A stretch of 64,000 nt of DNA from a virus (lineage: Duplodnaviria > Heunggongvirae > Uroviricota > Caudoviricetes): IMG/VR virus record IMGVR_UViG_2675903313_000009; one strand, given 5' to 3'. The position numbers and the translations under genes were made by a program. The notes beneath the pieces are model-generated. The model saw only the letters and a program-made list of their open reading frames with translations, was not told the DNA's origin and made no database searches. Shown one piece after another: positions 9,182 to 18,792 of the stretch; the stretch's first letter is position 1; each line of letters opens with the position of its first letter.

Positions 9182-9706
9182 TTAAAATGGAAGGATTCGT
9201 TCAACCCAATCGAAGAAAACAAGTATTTTTCTGCCGTCTTCTAACTTAAGAGTGACCTGGCAAGCATCAACGCCTCTTGACACCCCTTCAATTTCACGAC
9301 CGTCTGCCATGTAGACCCTTATAGATTGGTCGTTTTGATAAGCCTTGCGACATATCGCAAAAAAGTCACGGCGTGATGGCTGATTGTCAACATAGTCTGG
9401 ATGTATTGTTAGCCTACCTTTGAACTCGCGAGCAATGCCATCGATTACACCTGATTCAATTGTGCTAATGCGCTCAAGTGGGAGTCTTATACGATTTTCT
9501 TTATCATATGGAAGCGGGCATAAATCTAGCTTATTGCGGGAAGGCATTGTCCCCTGAACGTACATGCAAAACACCTGACCGTCTTCAAGCGTGACTCTTA
9601 CAGGAATGTTGTTCTTCCGCCAGAACATAAGTATGTTTTCAGCATGTTCGTAGTCTCGCGGCCAGACTTCAGCCGGTATGCCGTAGGTGATGTCCAATGT
9701 TCTCAT
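9182..9706 (-). CDS. Hypothetical protein
   Basis: 174-aa ORF; overlaps upstream gene by 4 nt. Confidence 0.5.
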   Translation of the reverse strand: MRTLDITYGIPAEVWPRDYEHAENILMFWRKNNIPVRVTLEDGQVFCMYVQGTMPSRNKLDLCPLPYDKENRIRLPLERISTIESGVIDGIAREFKGRLTIHPDYVDNQPSRRDFFAICRKAYQNDQSIRVYMADGREIEGVSRGVDACQVTLKLEDGRKILVFFDWVERILPF

Positions 9707-10317
9707 TCTGATACTCTTAGAGGTGTTTTCAGCAACCCAAATTTAAATTCTTTGTTACCAACGACAAAGAAGGGAACCTCAACATAGATTTTTTTATCGA
9801 CGGATTTAGAGTTAGCTGTTTTCTGTATGTCACGAACGATACGTTTTGAGATATTTTCATCGATAAACAATACCTTTCCACTTGTATTCCCTTCAGCCTT
9901 GGCGTAAGTAACGATAGGCTCTTCATTGCCAACCCTAATGTTTACTTGGCAACCTGTTGTAGCCATTTCATCACAGTAAAGTGTGCCGTCTTGAACTTCT
10001 AAAACAATTCCAGATGGCTTCATGGCTTCGTCAGAGTTTACATTAACGTTTTCTGGTACAGCGGTCCCGTTAATTTGCAACCGTAATCTTTCTTTTCCTC
10101 CATTAAGTATTGTTTCTTCTGCGTTGTCTGAGAATCTGAACCAAACTGGCTGATTCAGACCTCGTGATTTGTATTCTACTACGTCTTCGGAGGTAAACAT
10201 GCTGTACGTTTTTTGCATGTCAGAGACGAAATCTGATAATGCGTTGGCGGAAAACGCCGGGAGGCATATACAAGCAAGGAGTAACGAAATTTTCATTTTC
10301 ATATCATGATAATCCAA
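9703..10317 (-). CDS. Predicted secreted protein (N-terminal signal peptide)
   Basis: N-terminus MKMKISLLLACICLPAFSANA; true start probably a few codons inside the ORF. Confidence 0.55.
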   Translation of the reverse strand: MDYHDMKMKISLLLACICLPAFSANALSDFVSDMQKTYSMFTSEDVVEYKSRGLNQPVWFRFSDNAEETILNGGKERLRLQINGTAVPENVNVNSDEAMKPSGIVLEVQDGTLYCDEMATTGCQVNIRVGNEEPIVTYAKAEGNTSGKVLFIDENISKRIVRDIQKTANSKSVDKKIYVEVPFFVVGNKEFKFGLLKTPLRVSE

Positions 10318-10806
10318 TTATTTAACATCACACTTTCTAAGTTTTTCTATTTGTTCTAATTTTTCATGATCATCATTTAGATTTCCTTCGACTATCTCCG
10401 TTTCAAGTTTGCTGATTAGCATGTTAAGTGCGTTGTAGTTATTGCATTTTACTTTGTAGGCGTAGTATGACCTTGTCCCTGGTTTTTGTACACCCATATC
10501 ATTAAAGTTAGAGCTTAAAGTATAACCTTCAAGTTCAACCCCTTTTATTGTTGGAAGAATTATATTTAATGGTTCTAATTTAAATGGGTAGATATAAATA
10601 TGTGATATGAAGTACTCTTCTGAAGAGATTTTCTTCATGTCTTTTGTGATTGAAGCTGAATATTTACGGTTCCGAGTGATATAAAATTTTGTGCATTTGT
10701 ACAACTCTAGGTTGAATAGATAATATTTATCTTTAAAAAGAACATCTTTTCCATGTGATATTTTATGTCGTAAAGAGTTAATTATTTTGTTTATGGAAAT
10801 ACTCAT
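10318..10806 (-). CDS. Hypothetical protein, Lys-rich
   Basis: 162-aa ORF abutting downstream gene; low GC. Confidence 0.5.
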   Translation of the reverse strand: MSISINKIINSLRHKISHGKDVLFKDKYYLFNLELYKCTKFYITRNRKYSASITKDMKKISSEEYFISHIYIYPFKLEPLNIILPTIKGVELEGYTLSSNFNDMGVQKPGTRSYYAYKVKCNNYNALNMLISKLETEIVEGNLNDDHEKLEQIEKLRKCDVK

Positions 10807-10951
10807 CTACAGTATCCGACCTTAGTTATCAATTGAAAAGCCTACAAATATCGTTCTGCCAATCAAGAAATTTTTTCAGCCGGAGGTGTGTGCTTCAAAA
10901 AATGTGATGAATATCACATGCAGGTGCTCTCATACACCTGCATGTAGACTA

Positions 10952-11551
10952 TTAATCATTCAATAATCTATATTTTCTTTTGATTAAATCTTCACCTTTT
11001 TTGGTGAACACAAAACCAAATTGCGATTTTTTGTTCAGCCTAAGTACTCTGTTATCCAACGCATCGGTTGATGGAATCAATGTTTGATCATCTATCCAAT
11101 TAAGTAGCGTAAGAAAGTTCAGCAGCCTCAACGTTGTTGTGCGAAGCTCTTTCGATATATTTTCAATGCTGGCAATTCGTCTTTCTTTTTTCTCAGGTGG
11201 TACAGATAATTGTTCTTGAGGTTTCGTGGATAGATAATCAATTTCGTTTGCTGCATCGAATGATATGTGTGGCGTAATTTTGCTAAAAAAGCCTTTCGCT
11301 GACTCACTTGATAATAAACCAGACCTATTCATATCGTTTGTTATTCTGTACAGGAGTGGACTGTGTTTCATTTCAGGATAACGTTGATAAAAGTTAAGCA
11401 ATTCAAAAGCAGCATTAGCGCCAACAAGAAAATCAGAAGGATCGCTGACTTTCCAGAAAGAATGATTTTTCTTAGCGCCAGTGGTGTCAACAAATGATAA
11501 TTCTTTTAACCAACTCATGATGTGCTCCTTTCTAACAAGTGAGCACATCAT
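10952..11551 (-). CDS. Hypothetical protein
   Basis: 199-aa ORF, low GC. Confidence 0.5.
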   Translation of the reverse strand: MMCSLVRKEHIMSWLKELSFVDTTGAKKNHSFWKVSDPSDFLVGANAAFELLNFYQRYPEMKHSPLLYRITNDMNRSGLLSSESAKGFFSKITPHISFDAANEIDYLSTKPQEQLSVPPEKKERRIASIENISKELRTTTLRLLNFLTLLNWIDDQTLIPSTDALDNRVLRLNKKSQFGFVFTKKGEDLIKRKYRLLND

Positions 11552-11583
11552 AGAATTAGTAGATAGGGGGTAAATATGAAATG

Positions 11584-11862
11584 TTACGGCAACCTGCTCA
11601 GTATTTCCTCTAGATCTTTTTTTGTCATATTGGAGTTCTCATAGATGCGCATGATTTTCTCACGCGTCTTAGCGGAAACCCCAACGGCAGATGTGACTTT
11701 GTCAAATTCAGCCATAGTCATCGTCTCCAGAATGGCATTGATAACTTCAGCCTTAGACATCTTGATTTTTTTCTCTTTGAGTTTTATTTGAAATTTTCCA
11801 AGTTTTTCATTGGCTTTATCAGACAATGCCACTTGGCAATAAGTTGTTTTTTTTTCGCTCAT
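11584..11862 (-). CDS. Hypothetical small protein
   Basis: 92-aa ORF overlapping helicase stop. Confidence 0.45.
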   Translation of the reverse strand: MSEKKTTYCQVALSDKANEKLGKFQIKLKEKKIKMSKAEVINAILETMTMAEFDKVTSAVGVSAKTREKIMRIYENSNMTKKDLEEILSRLP

Positions 11863-11864
11863 AA

Positions 11865-13424
11865 CTAATCTCGTTTCAGAACTCCAAAATCGAATGTGCC
11901 ATCAATTGGCAATACACCTTCTGCAAAGCCAGGTGTGGTGTCGATGATGTGTTTTCGCTCATAAGAGTGAGACAACAGGTATTTGTTGCTAATGTCAATG
12001 AAATCAGTGATAAAACACACGTTTGCCTGATTTTTTTTTGCTCGTAAGCCACGACCGACACGCTGTCTCATTTCAACTTCTGCTTTCCCACCACCAGCAA
12101 GAATGACCGCGCCCACGCTTGGCACATCAACACCGACATCCAGAATAGTCGAGCCTATTAAAACATCTATTTCGCCAGACGCTAAACTGTTCAGCTTTGC
12201 TTGCCTTGTCGCCTGGTTCGATTCCCCATAAATGAAGTCAACTCTAAGGCCGGACTCCTTCATCATCTCCATCAGGATTTGCCCGTGGCGTTTAAGACGA
12301 ACCAGAGTCATACAATTGAGAGAATGTTGCTTATAGAGCAATGCTTCGCGCACAATGGCCTCGTTACGTCCCAAATTATACACGATCCCCAACTGATAAG
12401 CCTTTTGGTAGGCAGTGCTCATACCAACTCTAAAATTGAGGTGTTTGTTGGCAAGTTCGGCCTTGATTCTGGCCTCGTCTGGCTTGTAGGCAACTTTATG
12501 ATAAAGGAAGTACGGCTTTGCCAGAATGCCTCGATCAATCAGGTACTTTTCTGTGACTTTAATTTCAATTCGCCCGGCCACCGCCATCAGGCGCATGTTG
12601 GCTTCCGTCGAATCCTTCATGAACGGCGTGGCTGTAAGCGCCAGACGATAGTCTGCGTTCACACATAATCTGGCAATGTCATAGAAATTAGAGCCTGAAG
12701 ACTCATGCGCTTCTTCCAGAATAAGCAGAGACACACTTGAAAGGAAGCGTTTCACTAGCTCCCGACGTTTGAGGTGGTAGCTCTTTTTATCTGGTGTTGC
12801 ATCGCGTGGTGGTTCTTCAAGGAAACTTGCCAGAGTTTGAACTGTAGCGACGTTGATATGTCGTGATACCTGGAACTCACCCGAGCCAATGACTCCAACC
12901 TTTTGGCCCTTTAACCACGGTTCGCCATTTTCGGCGCGGTAGTCGATGGATCTCTGGAAGTTTTCGGCCATTTGAAACATCAGAACAGAGCGGGTTGTTA
13001 AAAATAATGTCATTCGACCGATACGTGCAGCTGCTTTGCAGGCAACATTAGATTTCCCGCCACCAGTAGCGATCTGCGCAATCATCATTCCCTCTCGAAC
13101 CAGTGTTTCCACAGTCTGATCCTGATACGCATAATCAGGATTGTATGGGAATGGGTTAACCGCTGGATTTGGTTTTCCAAGCGCCGGGGCTTTGTCTTTG
13201 CGGATATGAACACATTTGATGCCCGCCTTGTTCAAGTTCGCCGCTACAGGCTTGGCAAAGCCAGCAGGGAACGAGTTTTTACTCCAGTTGAACATTGTGC
13301 TTGTGCCCTTCCAGTCGCCAGTCTCGACTTCGTAGCTCAACATCTGTTGCACCATTTGCTTTACCTTGTCATCTGCGCCAGAAATAAGCGCATTAACTGC
13401 GTTAGATACAATCCGAACAGTCAT
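11865..13424 (-). CDS. Superfamily-2 (DEAD/DEAH-like) helicase
   Basis: Walker A ATGGGKS, DEAH-like LILEEAH, motif III LTATP. Confidence 0.8.
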   Translation of the reverse strand: MTVRIVSNAVNALISGADDKVKQMVQQMLSYEVETGDWKGTSTMFNWSKNSFPAGFAKPVAANLNKAGIKCVHIRKDKAPALGKPNPAVNPFPYNPDYAYQDQTVETLVREGMMIAQIATGGGKSNVACKAAARIGRMTLFLTTRSVLMFQMAENFQRSIDYRAENGEPWLKGQKVGVIGSGEFQVSRHINVATVQTLASFLEEPPRDATPDKKSYHLKRRELVKRFLSSVSLLILEEAHESSGSNFYDIARLCVNADYRLALTATPFMKDSTEANMRLMAVAGRIEIKVTEKYLIDRGILAKPYFLYHKVAYKPDEARIKAELANKHLNFRVGMSTAYQKAYQLGIVYNLGRNEAIVREALLYKQHSLNCMTLVRLKRHGQILMEMMKESGLRVDFIYGESNQATRQAKLNSLASGEIDVLIGSTILDVGVDVPSVGAVILAGGGKAEVEMRQRVGRGLRAKKNQANVCFITDFIDISNKYLLSHSYERKHIIDTTPGFAEGVLPIDGTFDFGVLKRD

Positions 13425-13470
13425 AAACCTCTTTCCTTAGTGCCTTTTGTATGTTATTTGGCTATTATAA

Positions 13471-13489
13471 TAAGTAAGTGATTACTTAG
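13471..13489. promoter_or_regulatory. Palindromic TAAGTA..TACTTA motif copy in divergent promoter region
   Basis: taagtaagtgattacttag. Confidence 0.4.
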
Positions 13490-14187
13490 TGGATTGTAGC
13501 AATAAAATGGATGTAAAAATCACGATTTTGCAGGTTGATGTTGCCAACCTTCGCCCGAATACCTGGAACACCAATTCGGTTGGTGCGCAGAATTTTGAAA
13601 AACTGAAAGGTTCTATCGAAAAATTGGGCTTTTTTAAGCCAATTTTGGCTCGTGAACTTGAAGATGGATTTTTTGAAATCCTCGGCGGCGAACATCGCTG
13701 GCGTGCTGCTATTGAGCAAGGAATTTCAACGGTTCCAGTGCTTTCTGTGGGCAAAATTAGCGATGTCGTAGCTAAACAGATGTCACTGGTGGACAACGAG
13801 CGATACGGTGAAGACGACCAAATCGCATTGCAACGCTTCATTGAAGAAATTCAGTCAGAACTTGACTATCAACTGTCTGAAATCGCCCCGTATGACGACG
13901 AAATCTCGATGGTTTTAGCAAAAGAGGCGGCAATCGACCTTGAAGCACTGGAGGCGTTGTCTCGTGGTAGTGATGAGCCTGTCGATACCGACAAACGAGA
14001 GAAAACCGAACGTGTGGGTGCGGAACATCAGACCATGCGCTTCAAAGTAACTTTCGATGCGTCAGATCGTGTTGCAGAAACCATAAAAAACATCATCAAA
14101 GAGCAGGATATTAACACCGGTAATGAAATGGAGAACGCTGGTGAGGCTCTGGTGTGGCTGGTCGACTACTACAAGGAGCGTATGTAA
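13489..14187 (+). CDS. ParB N-terminal-domain (ParB/Srx-like) protein
   Basis: GGEHRWRAA resembles ParB box II; start codon uncertain (GTG 13489 or ATG 13507). Confidence 0.7.
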   Translation: MDCSNKMDVKITILQVDVANLRPNTWNTNSVGAQNFEKLKGSIEKLGFFKPILARELEDGFFEILGGEHRWRAAIEQGISTVPVLSVGKISDVVAKQMSLVDNERYGEDDQIALQRFIEEIQSELDYQLSEIAPYDDEISMVLAKEAAIDLEALEALSRGSDEPVDTDKREKTERVGAEHQTMRFKVTFDASDRVAETIKNIIKEQDINTGNEMENAGEALVWLVDYYKERM

Positions 14188-14855
14188 TGACCAAAAAGTT
14201 TGAAATCGTATATCGCGACCCGGCAGATCTTATTCCCTATGAGATGAATGCCAAAAAGCATGATGAACAGCAGATCCGAGATCTAGCCGCAGCCATTAAA
14301 AAGCGCGGATTTGACCAGCCAATTACGGTCGATAAGAACGACGTAATTATTACTGGCCACGGCCGCCGTGAGGCTGCAATTTTTGCTGGACTTGAGCGCG
14401 TACCGGTTATTGTTCGCGATGATCTTAGTGATGACGAGGTTCGTGCGAAGCGCCTTGAAGATAACCGACTTGCCAGCATTGATTACGATGCAATTAAGCT
14501 ACAGAAAGAGCTTGAGTCGCTTGTTCTGGACGATATCGAGGTTTTCGGCTTTGAAGAGCGTGAGTTGAATGTTCTCGTTGGCAGCATGACAGAAGAAATG
14601 GACACCGACTCGCTAGTTATCGATCTTGGCGAAGAAACTAAACGACAGAAGGATGAACACACCGAGATCAGTCGTGAAGTTGCAGCGGAAGAAGTACGTG
14701 TTGTCGACGTATTGGGCTTTAAAACGCTTCCTGCTGGCTCTGCCATTGTTGTTGGTGATTTGCTTGCCCACATGGAAGAAATGACGGGAGAAAGCGGGGT
14801 AGACGCATTTGTGGCATATGCGGAGAAGATCTCTTCCGGGGAGATGGCTGCATGA
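14187..14855 (+). CDS. Second ParB N-terminal-domain protein
   Basis: GHGRREAA motif; start overlaps upstream stop (TAATG). Confidence 0.7.
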   Translation: MTKKFEIVYRDPADLIPYEMNAKKHDEQQIRDLAAAIKKRGFDQPITVDKNDVIITGHGRREAAIFAGLERVPVIVRDDLSDDEVRAKRLEDNRLASIDYDAIKLQKELESLVLDDIEVFGFEERELNVLVGSMTEEMDTDSLVIDLGEETKRQKDEHTEISREVAAEEVRVVDVLGFKTLPAGSAIVVGDLLAHMEEMTGESGVDAFVAYAEKISSGEMAA

Positions 14856-15517
14856 GCAAATACATCATCAACGTATCGTTTCAGACACGCGTAAATAAAA
14901 CCACGCGCACGTTGGAAATCGCTGAGTCGTTCGGGCTTGGCCTGGACGAAAAAGAGTGGACGCTTTACGACAATCTGGAGCTGGATGTGAAGCAGGGCGA
15001 TGTGGTGTACATCACCGGCCAATCCGGTTCCGGCAAATCCGTTGTGCTGCGCGAGTTGCAACGACAGATGAAGGATGAAGGGCTGTCTGTAGCCTCCATC
15101 GATGATTTTACCTTCGATAATGAGGTTAACGTCATCGATCAGTTGGGCAAAACGACCAGTGATGCGCTTGGGTTGTTATCTATGGCTGGTCTGAACGATG
15201 CATATCTGTTTGTTCGCAAGCCTTCTGAAATGTCAGACGGCCAGAAATATCGTCTCAAGATTGCCAAACTGATTGAGTCAGGCGCTAAAGTATGGGCTGC
15301 TGACGAGTTCGGCGCTGTTCTCGACCGTGTAACCGCTCAGGTTGTGGCGTCTAACCTCCAGCGTGCCGCTCGAAAGGTTGGTGCGACGGTAATGGTGGCG
15401 ACGACTCACGAAGACCTGAAGAACGCGCTGCGCCCGGATATGCAGATCACCAAGCACTACAAAGAACGCGTGAAGGTGGAATATCACAATGGTAGTCATG
15501 ATGAGGTCCATTCATGA
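14852..15517 (+). CDS. Stand-alone ABC-type ATPase
   Basis: Walker A GQSGSGKS, signature-like SDGQ, Walker B AADEFGAVLD, H-loop ATTHE. Confidence 0.7.
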   Translation: MSKYIINVSFQTRVNKTTRTLEIAESFGLGLDEKEWTLYDNLELDVKQGDVVYITGQSGSGKSVVLRELQRQMKDEGLSVASIDDFTFDNEVNVIDQLGKTTSDALGLLSMAGLNDAYLFVRKPSEMSDGQKYRLKIAKLIESGAKVWAADEFGAVLDRVTAQVVASNLQRAARKVGATVMVATTHEDLKNALRPDMQITKHYKERVKVEYHNGSHDEVHS

Positions 15518-16404
15518 CGGACATCATCATTAAACGCTACCGCCCTGAAGAGTTTCCGCGTCATCTGGACTTTCTGGAGCGAATGACTGTTACAAAGGGA
15601 ACTGTAGAGGACTGGCACGCTCTTAAGTCGCTTCACTACAAAACAGACGGCAAACCTTTCGCGCCAACTTACTATCGCTGCGAACTTGATGACCGTCTGG
15701 TGGGCGTCGTGGTTATGGCTTACCCGAAACTACTGTTGGCACCTCGCCACCGCATGTTTCCTAAGTTGAAACCAACCACTAATACCACCGTGGCTAACCA
15801 GTACTGGGGTCGGTACGTGAATAACAACTTTGCGGTGATCAGTCGCTCAGTTGTGGATACTCAGTATCGTGGCGTAGGCGTCTCTTATCGAATGATTAAC
15901 CTGGTTAGCAGGATGCATGACCGGCCAATCATTGAGATCCAGTCCTCGATGAGCAAATACAATCCCTTCGCCATGAAAGCAGGGTTTAAGTTCATCCGCC
16001 CTGAGCGACCGAAGAGCTATGAAAGTGCACTGCGTGTATTCCAGCGCCATTTCCGTTCCGACCCTGGTGATAACGAGGCGATCGTCAAAGAGTTGTTCGC
16101 AATGAGCGAGTCTCGTCGTCGCCGTGCACTGCGTGATCTGGTGGCGGACTACCACAAGAACAGTTCCCTGGCAAAAGCTGGGCGGAATCGTGGCACGACG
16201 ATTCAGGACATTGCCGACAGTCTGGTGGACGAGGCCAGCATTGTGAAGCTGCTCAAGGACATTCACAACCTGAGCTTTACGTCTCCGTTGTATGGTGTGT
16301 ACCGAAACCCTGACTTTGGTCGTCGACTGCCTGACACGCTGCCACTGCTGGCATTCGACAAACAACCTTTGGATAAACCGTTAGAAATTGCTTTACCGGC
16401 ATAA
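15514..16404 (+). CDS. Hypothetical protein with possible GNAT acyltransferase core
   Basis: YRGVGVS resembles GNAT motif A (R-x-x-G-x-G/A); C-terminal 150 aa unassigned. Confidence 0.45.
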   Translation: MTDIIIKRYRPEEFPRHLDFLERMTVTKGTVEDWHALKSLHYKTDGKPFAPTYYRCELDDRLVGVVVMAYPKLLLAPRHRMFPKLKPTTNTTVANQYWGRYVNNNFAVISRSVVDTQYRGVGVSYRMINLVSRMHDRPIIEIQSSMSKYNPFAMKAGFKFIRPERPKSYESALRVFQRHFRSDPGDNEAIVKELFAMSESRRRRALRDLVADYHKNSSLAKAGRNRGTTIQDIADSLVDEASIVKLLKDIHNLSFTSPLYGVYRNPDFGRRLPDTLPLLAFDKQPLDKPLEIALPA

Positions 16405-16413
16405 GGATTTGCC

Positions 16414-16680
16414 ATGACGTTAACCGACAAACAAAAGGACATCATCAAAACGCTCAATCTCGGTTATGAGCGAGGTCATCTACTTGATCTGGACGAATTG
16501 CTTGAAGTTTTGCCGTACAAGACAACAAAGCAAAGTATCCAGTTCTCAATTCGCGCTCTGATAAAAAAGGGGCTGGTGGAGAAAGGGCATACGCGCCAAC
16601 GCAGTGACAATCGCTATCACCGCCGGACTCTTGGGTTAACCACTTTAGGTCGAGCCAAAGCGAAGTTACTGGTGATGTAA
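16414..16680 (+). CDS. Small putative DNA-binding (winged-helix-like) protein
   Basis: 88-aa basic ORF with helix-turn-helix-like segment. Confidence 0.4.
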   Translation: MTLTDKQKDIIKTLNLGYERGHLLDLDELLEVLPYKTTKQSIQFSIRALIKKGLVEKGHTRQRSDNRYHRRTLGLTTLGRAKAKLLVM

Positions 16681-16704
16681 TCGGTCTGGGAGCTTATTTA
16701 AAGA

Positions 16705-16761
16705 CCTGCTTCTGTATATATAAATAATAAGTAACTTATTAAATATATATACGGAAGCAGG
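16705..16761. repeat. 57-bp AT-rich near-palindrome with GC clamps (copy 1)
   Basis: cctgcttc..gaagcagg arms around AT-rich palindromic core; second copy at 50433. Confidence 0.7.
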
Positions 16762-16796
16762 CTTAGTAAGACATGCCAGACCTAATTAAACACCCC

Positions 16797-16815
16797 AGAA
16801 AACAAGTTGGTTAGC
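16797..16815 (+). promoter_or_regulatory. Early operator motif copy (degenerate)
   Basis: cagaaaacaagttggttagc. Confidence 0.4.
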
Positions 16816-16832
16816 AGATGCAGTAAACAAGT

Positions 16833-16850
16833 TGTTTTAGAGCGCATGGA
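16833..16850 (+). promoter_or_regulatory. Early operator motif copy upstream of terminase small subunit
   Basis: gtaaacaagttgttttag. Confidence 0.45.
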
Positions 16851-16877
16851 CGCGCTCTGTGTGTTTTAGAGGGATCT

Positions 16878-17510
16878 ATGACGGTCGAAAAAGACGAGGT
16901 AAAAACTCGCCTGACACCAGCGGAGTGGGCCGAAGCTGAAGCCAAATGGACGTCAGGCGAATATACACTCTCAAAGCTGGAGGAAGAGTACGGCATTCGT
17001 CGTGAAACACTCTCCAGACATTTCAAAAAGCGAGGATTAGAGAAAGGCGCGGACTCTGTTGGGAAGATGGTTCGTGAGTCTCTTAAATCTGACGCAGAGC
17101 TTCGCGCTAAAGCCCGTGCGGAAAAGATAGAAGAACGTCGTACACGTTATGACGGCTGGGCGTATGCGTTGGGGCAGATGGTGATGGTCGAAGTCACTAC
17201 GGCCAAACGTGAGGGTAAGCCTTTAGGGGCGATTGAGGATTCTCTCAAGAGCTTACAGAGAGCCAGTAATACTCTTGCAAAATGCTTTGAAGTTTCGTCC
17301 AAAGCATTGGGCATGGATCATGCGGAAAATGACGAGGAAGAAATTCCGAACCTGGTATTTGGTGAGCTTACGCCTTCCCAGGTGGCGAAATTACGTCAGG
17401 AAGACGACGAGCCTGAAATCATCGATGACGAATTGCTTGAGACGTTGGAAGAAGAAGCTCTAAGCGAATTTGATGCGACAGATGATGGAAGTGAAGGGGA
17501 GGACGAATAA
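16878..17510 (+). CDS. Putative terminase small subunit
   Basis: HTH-like N-terminus, acidic C-terminus; directly upstream of large terminase. Confidence 0.6.
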   Translation: MTVEKDEVKTRLTPAEWAEAEAKWTSGEYTLSKLEEEYGIRRETLSRHFKKRGLEKGADSVGKMVRESLKSDAELRAKARAEKIEERRTRYDGWAYALGQMVMVEVTTAKREGKPLGAIEDSLKSLQRASNTLAKCFEVSSKALGMDHAENDEEEIPNLVFGELTPSQVAKLRQEDDEPEIIDDELLETLEEEALSEFDATDDGSEGEDE

Positions 17511-18766
17511 TGGCAATCCCGTCCTCGCTCAGTCTTGTGCAACTGCATTCTGGACAGATGAAAGTCTTCCAGTCTCCGCATCGATTTAAAGTTGTTTGTG
17601 CTGGTCGACGCTGGGGAAAATCCCGGTTGTCGATCTCCACTATTATTCGTGCGGCGGCAAAGGAAAAAAAGCAAAGAGTCTGGTATGTCGCTCCTACTTA
17701 CCAGATGGCTCGCCAGATTTTGTGGGACGATCTACAGGAAGTTCTGCCTCGTAAGTGGGTTAGGAAAAAGAACGACACCACGATGACAATCGTGTTGAAG
17801 AACGGTTCGGAGATCGCCCTCAAAGGTGCTGATAAGCCTGACACTCTGCGCGGCGTAGCGTTGCATTTTGTAGTGCTTGATGAATTTCAGGATATGAAGG
17901 CTGACACCTGGTACAAGGTGTTACGACCTACTCTTTCATCGACACGCGGCGGTGCACTGATCATTGGTACGCCAAAAGGCTTCTCGGAATTTCACAAACT
18001 GTGGACTATAGGCCAGAACGTAGAGCTGCAAAGAAAGGGACAGTGGAAGAGCTGGCAGTTTGTAACTGCCGATTCTCCGTTTGTACCTACGGCGGAAATT
18101 GAAGCTGCTAAGAACGATATGGACCCGAAATCGTTCGCTCAGGAGTACCTGGCTAGCTTTGAGAACATGTCCGGGCGCGTTTACTACCCGTTCGATCGTA
18201 ACGTGCATGTAAAACCGCTTCAGTTCAACCCTCGGTTGCCTATATGGGTAGGGCAGGACTTCAACATTGACCCGATGTCTTCCGTAATTTTGCAACCTCA
18301 GCCAAATGGTGAGCTATGGGCAATTGATGAATTGGTGCTCTTTTCCTCTAACACGGCAGAGGTTTGTGATGAGCTTGAGAGACGCTTCTGGCGCTGGAAA
18401 TCACAGATAACGGTATTTCCAGATCCGGCAGGTGCTTATCGCCAACATGCTCGCGGGGAGTCTGACGTCGACATATTCAAAGAGAAGGGATTCTTACGTG
18501 TCGATTATTCGAAAAAGCACCCGCCAATTGCGGATCGTGTTAATGCTGTTAACCGAATGCTGATGACCGCATCTGGAGATATCCGGTTGTATATCGATCC
18601 GAAGTGCAAGCATTTGATTGATTCACTGGAAAAAGTCATCTACAAGCCTGGAACACGAGATATGGATAAGACAGGTGGCATTGAGCATAGTGCAGACGCA
18701 TTGGGCTATCCAGTACATCGTAGGTATCCAGTCAAAAACCGTGTTATTCTTGGTGGTTCTCGATAG
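17510..18766 (+). CDS. Terminase large subunit
   Basis: Walker A-like CAGRRWGKS; position before portal. Confidence 0.8.
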   Translation: MAIPSSLSLVQLHSGQMKVFQSPHRFKVVCAGRRWGKSRLSISTIIRAAAKEKKQRVWYVAPTYQMARQILWDDLQEVLPRKWVRKKNDTTMTIVLKNGSEIALKGADKPDTLRGVALHFVVLDEFQDMKADTWYKVLRPTLSSTRGGALIIGTPKGFSEFHKLWTIGQNVELQRKGQWKSWQFVTADSPFVPTAEIEAAKNDMDPKSFAQEYLASFENMSGRVYYPFDRNVHVKPLQFNPRLPIWVGQDFNIDPMSSVILQPQPNGELWAIDELVLFSSNTAEVCDELERRFWRWKSQITVFPDPAGAYRQHARGESDVDIFKEKGFLRVDYSKKHPPIADRVNAVNRMLMTASGDIRLYIDPKCKHLIDSLEKVIYKPGTRDMDKTGGIEHSADALGYPVHRRYPVKNRVILGGSR

Positions 18767-18784
18767 GTAAGTAATTATCTAAGG
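18762..18784. promoter_or_regulatory. GATAGGTAAGTA motif copy
   Basis: gataggtaagtaattatctaagg before portal gene. Confidence 0.35.
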
Positions 18785-18792
18785 TTATTCAA

